DNA of 64,000 nt from a virus (Duplodnaviria > Caudoviricetes): IMG/VR virus record IMGVR_UViG_3300042445_001485. One strand, 5' to 3'. Position numbers and translations under genes: made by a program. The notes below the pieces were generated by a model. It had not been told where the DNA came from, did not search any database, and saw only the letters and a program-made list of their open reading frames with translations. Position 1 is the stretch's first letter. Every line of letters starts with the position of its first letter. Below, one piece after another: positions 17,118 to 26,018 of the stretch.

Positions 17118-17369
17118 TTAGTTTGCCATCAATGTGATTTGAACTTCGTGACCTTCGTGGGTGATGTTTACTCCCACTGGGCGGCCTTCCCCGCGGAAAC
17201 TACTGTGACGACGATCGTAAGCCAATTTTTGTATTGCAAGGCGCAGAGCCGCACCGTGCGTGACTGTGGCTGTTTTTGTATAGATGTCGTTGATAGTACC
17301 ATACATGCCAAAACCGTTGATAACAAAACGAATTCGGGTGCTGTTACTAAATCCTGCTACATGACGCAT
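17118..17369 (-). CDS. early hypothetical protein
   Basis: AAAAAGGAG Shine-Dalgarno before ATG 17369. Confidence 0.75.
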   Translation of the reverse strand: MRHVAGFSNSTRIRFVINGFGMYGTINDIYTKTATVTHGAALRLAIQKLAYDRRHSSFRGEGRPVGVNITHEGHEVQITLMAN

Positions 17370-17399
17370 CGCTGACTCCTTTTTAGCTTCAATACAAGT

Positions 17400-17428
17400 A
17401 TTGTATAATAGATGCCTTTTCGAGTCAA
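17400..17428 (-). promoter_or_regulatory. early promoter cassette
   Basis: TTGACT-cgaaaaggcatctatta-TACAAT. Confidence 0.88.
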
Positions 17429-17430
17429 CC

Positions 17431-17492
17431 AAAAAAAGTAGTACTTGAGTAGTACATGTTGTTTTATTACAACAGAGCAGGTATAGTACTAA
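17431..17492. repeat. AGTAGTAC/AGTACT-rich repeat
   Basis: aaaagtagtacttgagtagtac...tagtact. Confidence 0.65.
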
Positions 17493-17528
17493 ATATCTAT
17501 ATCAACCCTAACCCTGTTATTAGATTAC

Positions 17529-19037
17529 ATGGCTATTTCAACTCGTTTCCTTATTGATTTTCCTCTCACACCAAATCTTAGTATTACAGATACAGGTCAG
17601 GAAGGCATGCCGACCTACAACCATGATACCATTGATCGACGAATCAACGCTGTTGCGTCGGGCTTAACCCGTTTAAATTTTCCAGACAATAGTAGAATTA
17701 CAATTATAGATTATCTATCATATAATTTTGTTACATTCAACGTCGGCGTATACCGAGCCAGGCATACCATAGCACCGATTAATTTTAAACTTTCAGCCGA
17801 ACAGGTTGAACATTGTATTAGAGATTCGGGTTCTGTAATAGTTTTTTGCAATCAACATTTTACACATCTTGTACCACCTGGTATGAAATTTATTGTGTTT
17901 GATTCAACAGAATTCAATGATTTTTTAGGAGACGAGAATTTTATTCCCGTTCCACCTTCTACTAATTATGAAGATTTTGAAAATAGAAATGTAACAATGA
18001 TGTACACTTCGGGAACAACCGGTAATCCCAAAGGGGTAGTAAATAATTATAGAAATAGATTTTTTCAAATCAGCCGCGGAATTGACAATCCCATTGTCAA
18101 ATATAAACGATTGGTTTCGTTGGCTCCATTACCAATATATCATTTAGCAGGACTTAACAATATCGAGCAAGATATGTTTTTTAGTTATTCTGAAGAAACA
18201 CAGATTGTACTAATGCCACATTTTGATACTAAAAAATACATACAACACGTACAGGATTTTAAAATAACAAGATTGCGACTAGTCTCACCAATGATGGCTA
18301 TGGTTCTTCAAGAAACAGAATTACTAGAAAAAGCTGATTTTTCTCGCGTGGTAGGAATTGCATTAAACTCAAGTTTTGCTCCAAAGAAAATGCAAGATGA
18401 CATAAGAAAATACTTTAAAGATTTAAAATGGTTAGACAATCCCTACGGTTTAACGGAAACAGGTCCACTGTTTGGAAAAGAAAACCCCAGGAACTTGCCT
18501 AAACCGATGATGAGTGTGGGATATCCGCTGCCGGAGGTTAGTTGTCGTATTAACAAAGATAATGTACTCGAAGTTAAAGCACCAGCGTGTTTGTCTCAAT
18601 ACCATAATAGACCCGAGTTACAGACTTCGTTTACCGACGATGGATATTTTATCACAGGTGATTTATTTAGAGTTAACTATAATGGATTTTATTTTTACAT
18701 GGGTCGTGCCGATGACATGTTTAAAAGTGGTGGTGAAAAAATCTATCCATCTGAAATTGAACCAGTTATTGAACGCCACCCCGGTGTTGCGCTAAGTACG
18801 GTAGTGGGTGTAGAAGATGAAATCAAAGGGCATAAACCATATGCATTTGTAGAGCTCAAAATCGGAGCCAAAGCCACAGCCGAAGAAATTAAACAGTTTA
18901 CCATTGAAAATGTTGCAACATATCAAATTCCTCGTCGAGTATGGATTTTAGATTCATTGCCGAGAACCAACATAGGCAAGATTGATCGCAAAACATTAAA
19001 AAATCTTGCCATTGATCTTTTAAAGGAAAATACATGA
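17529..19037 (+). CDS. acyl-CoA synthetase / AMP-binding (ANL) enzyme
   Basis: YTSGTTGNPKG, YGLTETGP, TGDL, GRADDMFKSGGEKIYPSEIE, PRTNIGKIDR. Confidence 0.95.
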   Translation: MAISTRFLIDFPLTPNLSITDTGQEGMPTYNHDTIDRRINAVASGLTRLNFPDNSRITIIDYLSYNFVTFNVGVYRARHTIAPINFKLSAEQVEHCIRDSGSVIVFCNQHFTHLVPPGMKFIVFDSTEFNDFLGDENFIPVPPSTNYEDFENRNVTMMYTSGTTGNPKGVVNNYRNRFFQISRGIDNPIVKYKRLVSLAPLPIYHLAGLNNIEQDMFFSYSEETQIVLMPHFDTKKYIQHVQDFKITRLRLVSPMMAMVLQETELLEKADFSRVVGIALNSSFAPKKMQDDIRKYFKDLKWLDNPYGLTETGPLFGKENPRNLPKPMMSVGYPLPEVSCRINKDNVLEVKAPACLSQYHNRPELQTSFTDDGYFITGDLFRVNYNGFYFYMGRADDMFKSGGEKIYPSEIEPVIERHPGVALSTVVGVEDEIKGHKPYAFVELKIGAKATAEEIKQFTIENVATYQIPRRVWILDSLPRTNIGKIDRKTLKNLAIDLLKENT

Positions 19038-19804
19038 CATTTAACGCATGGGACACATTGGAAGGTAAAACTGCTGTGATAACCGGTGTTACCGGAGGAA
19101 TTGGGTTTGCTACCGCACAAAGACTTGCCAGACGCGGAGCCCGAATAATTGGTATAGTCAGAAGAAATTTAGAAGATGCACAGGCTAAATTAAACACATT
19201 ACCATGTAGTAGTAAAGAACCTCATCTAGCATTACTAGCAGATGTATCCAACAAGGTTCAACTACAAGAAGCAATTCTATCCATTGATCGTTGCGATATA
19301 TTGGTACAAAGCACTGGCAATACCAAAAGAATTCCACACGAAAAAATTCAGTTAATGACTGATACCTACTTTGATGAGATGACCAGAGATAACCTAAGAA
19401 GTTATTTTACTGTTATAAGGTCGTTTGAACCATTGCTGAGAAAAAGTCGAGAATCTGTCGTTGTCAATATTGGATCTGTTGCGGGCAATGCACACAGCGC
19501 CGGGGGCGGCAGCAATATTGCCTACTGTGCCGCCAAAGCCGGACTTGATGCATTGACTAGAAATTTATCCAAGGCATTAGCGCCAGACATTCGTGTGGTT
19601 GGTGTTAGTCCCGGTATAGTAGATACTACGTTTGTTACCAAGGCCATCGACAACTACCCTAATTTAGAGTCAATTGCCAATAGCACTCCACTTAAACGAA
19701 TTGCCACAGTAGAAGATATAGCGGCAAATGTAGAAGCTTTAACTACCTTAATGAGATATTCCACAGGCATTGTAATCTGTGTAGACGGAGGAAGAACCCT
19801 ATGA
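19034..19804 (+). CDS. short-chain dehydrogenase/reductase (SDR)
   Basis: TGVTGGIG Rossmann motif, YCAAK catalytic YxxxK, VSPG. Confidence 0.95.
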   Translation: MTFNAWDTLEGKTAVITGVTGGIGFATAQRLARRGARIIGIVRRNLEDAQAKLNTLPCSSKEPHLALLADVSNKVQLQEAILSIDRCDILVQSTGNTKRIPHEKIQLMTDTYFDEMTRDNLRSYFTVIRSFEPLLRKSRESVVVNIGSVAGNAHSAGGGSNIAYCAAKAGLDALTRNLSKALAPDIRVVGVSPGIVDTTFVTKAIDNYPNLESIANSTPLKRIATVEDIAANVEALTTLMRYSTGIVICVDGGRTL

Positions 19805-20694
19805 TCATCAGACCAGAAAAAACTATTATGACTTGCGCCATTACTGGCGCCATCACAGATCCCAATTCAACACCGTATTTGCCAATCAGTCCAGAAGAGA
19901 TAGCAGATAGTGCATTAGGTGCCGCAGAAGCAGGAGCCTCAATAGTGCATTTACATGTTAGAGATCCTGCAACTAAAATGGCCAGCATGAGCACCGAACT
20001 GTATATAAAAGTAGTTGAGATGATCAAAAAAGACAATCCAGATCTTATTATCAATTTGACCACAGGTCCTGGAGCACTATTTGTTCCCGGTGCTAGACTA
20101 TTGCAAGTTGGTGAAAAAAGTAGTGTCATGAGAAGTGCTAGACAGAGAACCGAACATATAACTGAAATTAGACCAGATATCTGTAGTTTTGATTTCAATA
20201 CCATGCATCATGGCGGACCAAGTATTCGTTTAAATTTTATGCCTGTGCTAAGAGAAATGGCAGTTATTATTAAAGAAGCAGGAACCAAACCTGAACTTGA
20301 ATGCTTTGACTCCGGAGATGTTAGAATTGCCATGCAGTTGCAAAAAGAAGGTTTAATTGAAGAACACCCGCTGTGGCAGTTTGCAATGGGTGTCAAATAT
20401 GGATGGGATAATACTCCCGAGGCATTAAACTATGCCCGATGTGCGATACCACACGGTTCGTTATGGTCGGCGTTTGGTATCAGTCGGGAAGAAATGCCAA
20501 TGGTGGCCAATACTTGGTTGTTAGGCGGGCATGTTAGGGTTGGTCTCGAAGACAACATTTACCTAAGTAAAAATGTGTTGGCAAAAACCAATGCTGAGTT
20601 AGTTACCAAAGGTCGTCGTGTTGTTGAGGATTTGGGTGGTCAGTTGGCCAACTATGCAGAAGCTAGGGCAATATTAAATCTCCCTAGCAAGTAA
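19801..20694 (+). CDS. beta-keto acid cleavage enzyme (BKACE / Kce / DUF849)
   Basis: TCAITGA, P-SPEEIA, AGASIVHLHVRD, GGHVRVGLEDN. Confidence 0.95.
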   Translation: MIIRPEKTIMTCAITGAITDPNSTPYLPISPEEIADSALGAAEAGASIVHLHVRDPATKMASMSTELYIKVVEMIKKDNPDLIINLTTGPGALFVPGARLLQVGEKSSVMRSARQRTEHITEIRPDICSFDFNTMHHGGPSIRLNFMPVLREMAVIIKEAGTKPELECFDSGDVRIAMQLQKEGLIEEHPLWQFAMGVKYGWDNTPEALNYARCAIPHGSLWSAFGISREEMPMVANTWLLGGHVRVGLEDNIYLSKNVLAKTNAELVTKGRRVVEDLGGQLANYAEARAILNLPSK

Positions 20695-20696
20695 TA

Positions 20697-21239
20697 TTAG
20701 GGTTGAGTATAACCTTCTACATGTTGATCAATTACGCTGTCGTCTGGTAGTTCCATCCCGGGAGCAATGACCAATACTTCTTCTTCACTGAGAACACAGG
20801 CACGTTCTGCCCCAAATGCCAAGCACCAGTCGATCCATTCTTGTGCATGTTCTGCCTTGAGAACTCTCAAACTTTTCCACGATTCGGGGACTGTTCGTAA
20901 ATGCGGATAATCAGCTATAACTACATTTCTTACAGTATCGTGCGTATAATAGGTATTACAGGCCCAATGGCGGTATTTCACATTCCAATCGATTTTTCTG
21001 CCTGCATGTGGCGAAGGTATATCATAGGGTATGTAGGTGTCTCCACCGGGTGTGTCCGGCGAAGATCTAGTCCCTAATGTTCCCTTGACCATTTTTCCGG
21101 CATCAACCAGTTCGGCAACTTTAGCAACCAGTGCATCATTGTTGGCTTTTGTGGGCGCTTCCAGGGTGCCAGGCAGGGGAATCGAAAAAGTTTCTGGCGG
21201 AAATGAGTTGGTAACGATAACATATTTTGCTGATGGCAT
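20697..21239 (-). CDS. hypothetical protein
   Basis: 180-aa ORF with TAAATA and AGGAG upstream. Confidence 0.7.
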   Translation of the reverse strand: MPSAKYVIVTNSFPPETFSIPLPGTLEAPTKANNDALVAKVAELVDAGKMVKGTLGTRSSPDTPGGDTYIPYDIPSPHAGRKIDWNVKYRHWACNTYYTHDTVRNVVIADYPHLRTVPESWKSLRVLKAEHAQEWIDWCLAFGAERACVLSEEEVLVIAPGMELPDDSVIDQHVEGYTQP

Positions 21240-21269
21240 TTTAAAAATCTCCTATTACTAGTATTTACC

Positions 21270-22421
21270 TTAGTGAAACATTAAGAATTGATTTTGCACA
21301 TCAAGTCTGGTTGCACCTAGATCACCGTGTCCTGCTGGAAATACCACAACATTCCATTGCGGCTTGGGTCCTTCGGGTATACGATTCATTTGATCGTATG
21401 TGATAATTGATGCAGGGTCAATACGGTATTTTGCCGACAACTGCTGTTTAAATTCGTCCCATGCTTCGGCACTACGGACCTGTGTACGACCCTGTTCGTC
21501 CTTGACATACTTGCCCTTGGCATCGGTGACAAACAAGTTACGGAACATGTCCTTGGGAATGGTGGGTGCGCCTTTTAGGTTTTTTCCGGCATTGCGATGG
21601 AATTCAACTTTTTTGACTTCACGACTCTTGGCGCCACCGTCACTGAAGTTGGGTAGTGTATTGGCCGGTGTGTTGGGGTCAGTTACTGGATCACCCATTT
21701 TACTATAGAAGTAAAAACGCACATCAGGATTGTTGAGTTGTACCTTTTTACTCAGGTCCCAGTATTGTTTACTGAAGAAGTCTCCAGCATCATGAATACG
21801 CACCAACAGTTTGATACCGTTTTTGTCTGCCAGGGCTTTTGTTCGTTTGATTTCTGTGTCAAACATCTGCATGTATTCGTCAGGGTGGTTGACCAAGAAG
21901 TTCAAGGCTTGTGCGGCACTCATTGATGCGGCCGGGAACATGACATAGCCACCTTTGCGGGCATAGCAGAACAGTTGGCATTCGCCGGCTCCGGGACAAG
22001 TTGTGATTTCCACAAACTCTCCAGTCTCTTCATCCACAACAATACCGCTCAGTGCTGGCAAGGTCAAGTCATATGTGATAGCGCCTTCTTTTTTGCTCTT
22101 GCTCATTTTGGCATTTGATCCCAAAATAGCTCTTGGCGGTGTGGTAATTTGACGCTTTAGATCTTCCAGGTCCCATTCTTCGGTGCCATCATCTTTGGTA
22201 ATGGCCTTGACATTGCTGCCGTGAATGATGGGTTTAAAGCGATCTTGTTTTGTTTTAGTACCAGTCTTGATACGAGTCAAGTAGGCCTGCATGTCTTGTC
22301 GGGACCATGACTTTTGTGGAGCATCTAGTTTGATTGCTTCTTCTACATCGCCCTGCTCAATATGAAGCGGCTTGACTGTAAAGCCACCTAATTTTGTTTC
22401 AATAAGTTGTGAATATCGCAT
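21270..22421 (-). CDS. GP88-like (Fe-S / radical-SAM-related) phage protein
   Basis: SNAKM, TCPGAGECQLFCYA, VRIHDAGDFF; start MRYSQLIE, 5 nt after TAAATA. Confidence 0.7.
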   Translation of the reverse strand: MRYSQLIETKLGGFTVKPLHIEQGDVEEAIKLDAPQKSWSRQDMQAYLTRIKTGTKTKQDRFKPIIHGSNVKAITKDDGTEEWDLEDLKRQITTPPRAILGSNAKMSKSKKEGAITYDLTLPALSGIVVDEETGEFVEITTCPGAGECQLFCYARKGGYVMFPAASMSAAQALNFLVNHPDEYMQMFDTEIKRTKALADKNGIKLLVRIHDAGDFFSKQYWDLSKKVQLNNPDVRFYFYSKMGDPVTDPNTPANTLPNFSDGGAKSREVKKVEFHRNAGKNLKGAPTIPKDMFRNLFVTDAKGKYVKDEQGRTQVRSAEAWDEFKQQLSAKYRIDPASIITYDQMNRIPEGPKPQWNVVVFPAGHGDLGATRLDVQNQFLMFH

Positions 22422-22429
22422 AGTTGTAT

Positions 22430-23611
22430 TTATAGGAATGTGTCTGCCAATTGCTGACACTTGTCCCTTATATCCTTGTTGTTGGTCACGGTGACTGAAA
22501 AGTCTTGCTCGCTGTGGTCATGTTGTGTGGGATCTGCATATCCAGCATACACTTTGTGTACATTGGTGTTGTTGATCAAATCGGTACAACTGCCGCCTGC
22601 TCGCTCATCGGCCATGTCAGTTTCATATTCGTTGCAAGGACTCAGGGTTGTAATGATAATCGAACCCTTGGGTATTTCACCGTACTGCTTGTTATATTTG
22701 TTGATAGCAACTCGTTCAGCATGTATTCGTGTGTCACCGTCACCGGGTAAGTTTATACCTGTGACAATGTTATCATCTGGATCCACCACAGCGGCCGCAA
22801 CCTTGCCATAACGGTCTGGGTCTTTGGCCTGGCCATCTACGATCATCTGTATCAACTGGGTCAGTATGCGATCCAATTTGGGGGTGTTGTGTACACGATA
22901 ATCGTCAACGCTTTCCATGCTGAACTCGCGGTCTTGTGTGGTGTGGTATGCTTTACCAAGTCGATCTAAATAGCCCAAATTGCGTACAACTTTAAATGCC
23001 AGGTTCTCTACACTGAACTCACCACCCGCATCCAGGCCTGCTCGGCGCATCTTACGCAGTTTATCTGTGATGCGCTTGATGTCACGACTGTCATCTGCCG
23101 TTGCCAGGGCATGTCGTATTTGTACCAATAAGTCTTGTACCTTGTGATTTACAGCACCTGTGCTGATCTTGGGCTGTAGGTACTTGGGTGTGTGTACCCA
23201 ACGATTGTTTGTGATGCTGTATACGCCTTGACTCACAGGTGGTTGTTTGACATCTTCTACATATAACTCTACATCATGTCCACGAATACGAATATTGTGT
23301 GCATCATTCCAAATCTTTTTCTTGGCTTGGTAAAGTGCTTCTGCCAAGTCATCACATTGCAAGTTGTTGTAGTCAGTGACCACATGCAGATCAAAGTCAC
23401 TAAACCGGGTCCAGTTGTAGTTGCTCATTGATCCAGTCAACACAATGTCTATGACTTCAAAGTCGGGTATTTCAAGATAGTCAACAAAGGTGCCAACAAT
23501 GGCCAGCAGTCGCTCTCTAACTTCGGGACGCATTTGATCGCCGGTCCAAGTGGCTGGATTCAGCCGGTTGTGATATGCAATATTGCCTGCGACGAAGTCT
23601 TGTGCTCTCAT
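22430..23611 (-). CDS. nucleotidyltransferase fused to a zinc-dependent deaminase domain
   Basis: N-terminal LTGS...SDFDLH (Pol-beta NTase G-S / DxD); C-terminal HAE...TLSPC...C (CDA-like). Confidence 0.8.
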   Translation of the reverse strand: MRAQDFVAGNIAYHNRLNPATWTGDQMRPEVRERLLAIVGTFVDYLEIPDFEVIDIVLTGSMSNYNWTRFSDFDLHVVTDYNNLQCDDLAEALYQAKKKIWNDAHNIRIRGHDVELYVEDVKQPPVSQGVYSITNNRWVHTPKYLQPKISTGAVNHKVQDLLVQIRHALATADDSRDIKRITDKLRKMRRAGLDAGGEFSVENLAFKVVRNLGYLDRLGKAYHTTQDREFSMESVDDYRVHNTPKLDRILTQLIQMIVDGQAKDPDRYGKVAAAVVDPDDNIVTGINLPGDGDTRIHAERVAINKYNKQYGEIPKGSIIITTLSPCNEYETDMADERAGGSCTDLINNTNVHKVYAGYADPTQHDHSEQDFSVTVTNNKDIRDKCQQLADTFL

Positions 23612-23618
23612 TGTATAT

Positions 23619-24314
23619 TTACGCTAGATGCGTCATTAGCGCATCCATTTGTTCTATACCACCTCGGGACAACTGAAAGCCTTGTTGCCGGGCTTTGTCC
23701 ATGCGTTGATCGTATGTGGGGTGTGTGCTGTTGGGTTGGCTGGCTAATTTTTTCATATATTCCAACTCGCCTTTCTTGGCATGCATGAATTTAAACACAC
23801 CAGCTTTGTTGTAGCCCAGGGCTTTACATAACCTAACAGCAAAATCATCAGCATCCATTTCATCTTTACGGGATTGTTCTGGACTTGGCTCATCATCTAC
23901 ATGTCCTAGCGCAATGTGTCCTAGTTCATGTGCTATGGCAAAAGTCAATACATCTGCTGGAGCGTCCCAGAATACAGTTAAGTCTATGCTGATGTATCGG
24001 TTCTCAGGATCACTTTGTATGTATTGTCTATTAGACTTTACACCGATGGTAGCTCCCTGCAACGGTGCGGCCCATGAGGCACCTGCAGTTCTAATCAACT
24101 TGGCAAGTACAGCGTTACATTTTTCCTGTAAGGCCTGCATTCGTGGAGCCCAAATCTTAACCAAAGCCTGTGGGTCTTGTTTGGTTATGTCTTGGTATTC
24201 ACCGGCTTGTGCCGTGGAAGCCATTGACCCCAGGGCGGCTGCTCCTGCCGCACCGGCAAGGCCCTTGAGTATATCACGGCGACCTATTTCTGTGATAAAC
24301 TCACGAGCTCTCAT
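23619..24314 (-). CDS. M48-family zinc metallopeptidase with twin-arginine signal
   Basis: HELGH, E-x-D-A-D, S-T-H-P...R; GRRDILKG plus hydrophobic segment plus AQA. Confidence 0.85.
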   Translation of the reverse strand: MRAREFITEIGRRDILKGLAGAAGAAALGSMASTAQAGEYQDITKQDPQALVKIWAPRMQALQEKCNAVLAKLIRTAGASWAAPLQGATIGVKSNRQYIQSDPENRYISIDLTVFWDAPADVLTFAIAHELGHIALGHVDDEPSPEQSRKDEMDADDFAVRLCKALGYNKAGVFKFMHAKKGELEYMKKLASQPNSTHPTYDQRMDKARQQGFQLSRGGIEQMDALMTHLA

Positions 24315-25135
24315 TAGTCAGCGTTCTTCCCGCACTTGGCTCTTTTGGCATTTGTTAATGCACCAAAGTCAACTTTCCACTCTGCACCAGGTTGAACTTC
24401 TATCACACCTGCGGGGAACTTGTAGTCTACACCGGCTACTTTTTCTATCTCTGCAATGGACCGACGGAATACTGTCAAGTCGTTGCCCAGGTTAACATAG
24501 GGTTTGGTGTGCGGGAATACCCAACCTGCGGCCTGCTTGGTTGTGTTGTTGATCACAATCTTGTAGTATCCATGTGGAACAACAACACCGTTGCCGATAG
24601 TGGGATCACCGGCACCGTACAATGCACCCACATAAATTGTAAAGGGTTGATTCAGTTGTACAGTCCATCCACGAACTGCTGTTTCCAACAGTTTCCAAAT
24701 GCCACGATTCAAACTACCGTGTTGTGGATACATGTTGGTCATTAAGAAACTTTCGTATTCTACTTGTTGACTCCATGAAAGGTCACCGTCAGGTGCGGCA
24801 TGGCCTTTGTCGTAGCCTGTGCCAGCATAGTCGTCTGGGCGAGCACCTGTACCATTTAAACTGGCATCAGCAACAAACGCATTTGTGCGGGGAAAGCAAC
24901 CAAGTGCGTTCTGTGGTAGCAGGGTGTAGGCCACATAAGCAGGAATCTTTACCGGAGCATCATATGCCACAAGATATGCTTCACGGCAAATGGCCTGCAC
25001 TGGTCGTTTGACTACAGCAAATCCATAAGGGCTATGGACTGCACAGGCTTGTACAGGATTAGGAGGCCGTTGGTCCCAGGCTTGTGCAGAAAATACACCC
25101 GTTGCTAGGGCAATTGATAACAAAAACTTCTTCAT
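24314..25135 (-). CDS. secreted DNA/RNA non-specific endonuclease (NucA-like)
   Basis: Signal peptide; YDKGHAAP, LMTNMYPQ, LNRGIW. Confidence 0.93.
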   Translation of the reverse strand: MKKFLLSIALATGVFSAQAWDQRPPNPVQACAVHSPYGFAVVKRPVQAICREAYLVAYDAPVKIPAYVAYTLLPQNALGCFPRTNAFVADASLNGTGARPDDYAGTGYDKGHAAPDGDLSWSQQVEYESFLMTNMYPQHGSLNRGIWKLLETAVRGWTVQLNQPFTIYVGALYGAGDPTIGNGVVVPHGYYKIVINNTTKQAAGWVFPHTKPYVNLGNDLTVFRRSIAEIEKVAGVDYKFPAGVIEVQPGAEWKVDFGALTNAKRAKCGKNAD

Positions 25136-25159
25136 TGATGGTCCTTTTAAAACAGTTTA

Positions 25160-25774
25160 TTAACTATTTATGGCAGGATCTATGAAGCTTTGAGTGTAGT
25201 CGTAATTGACCATTGTGCTGTAGCTCTGTGTGCGTCGGCGCTCACTGTTGTCAGCATTGGGAATAACACGCAATATTTTTGCACCATTGCGTATATGGAA
25301 CTTGGCCACTGGATCTTTTTGTGCAGATAAAAACTCCATGATGGCATTCATCGTGGGTGGCTCGGCAAAATGTGCGCTCAAATTTGGAATAGGGCTCATT
25401 GTGACAAACTGTTGAATTTCAGGCCGGTTGGCATGAATCCAAGTGGCAGCTTCGCGAATTAGTCGAGCACCAGTGTTTTGTACACCGCTGGGTTTATCAG
25501 TTCTAAACACGCTGTAAAAGACGGCATGGTCTGCTTGAAGGCACACAGCACTAGCAACATCTAGTATCTCATCAATATTGTCGGTTAGACCTTGGATGTA
25601 GGCCACACACAACACCGCTGTGGGTACATTGTTCTCTATCCAGAAAAATATATTACGGTCGAATTCGCATCTTCGGTCAAGGCTACGACTCTCAGTTAAA
25701 CTGTGAACTGGGTCCTGATGAACATATTGTAAGTAATCTGGATGGAACTCTGCTGACCGTAAGTGAACAAGCAT
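25160..25774 (-). CDS. malonyl-CoA decarboxylase catalytic-domain-like protein
   Basis: AVFYSV, FVTMSPIP, DPVAKFHIRNGA, MVNYDY. Confidence 0.85.
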   Translation of the reverse strand: MLVHLRSAEFHPDYLQYVHQDPVHSLTESRSLDRRCEFDRNIFFWIENNVPTAVLCVAYIQGLTDNIDEILDVASAVCLQADHAVFYSVFRTDKPSGVQNTGARLIREAATWIHANRPEIQQFVTMSPIPNLSAHFAEPPTMNAIMEFLSAQKDPVAKFHIRNGAKILRVIPNADNSERRRTQSYSTMVNYDYTQSFIDPAINS

Positions 25775-26018
25775 ATTGAAAGCCCTCGTGCTATTATATG
25801 CGTATTTATTCTAGAATGAATAAATGATATAAATTAGTCTATAAATTTAAGATTGTTTGGCCGGCGTTGGCAAACGACCGTAGTTGACCCATTCCCAATC
25901 ATCGTCGGTCATTGGTAACCAATTGCACATGATCAATACCATCCGTAACGAACAGCCTTTTCAGCTCGCACACGACCATAGGCTTCAAAGAAAGCCCAAA
26001 CCTTTGTTAGAATTTTTT

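Noticed and set aside
23914-24495. 193-aa plus-strand ORF
   Set aside because: It is antisense to the M48 peptidase and nuclease, both of which have clear catalytic motifs.
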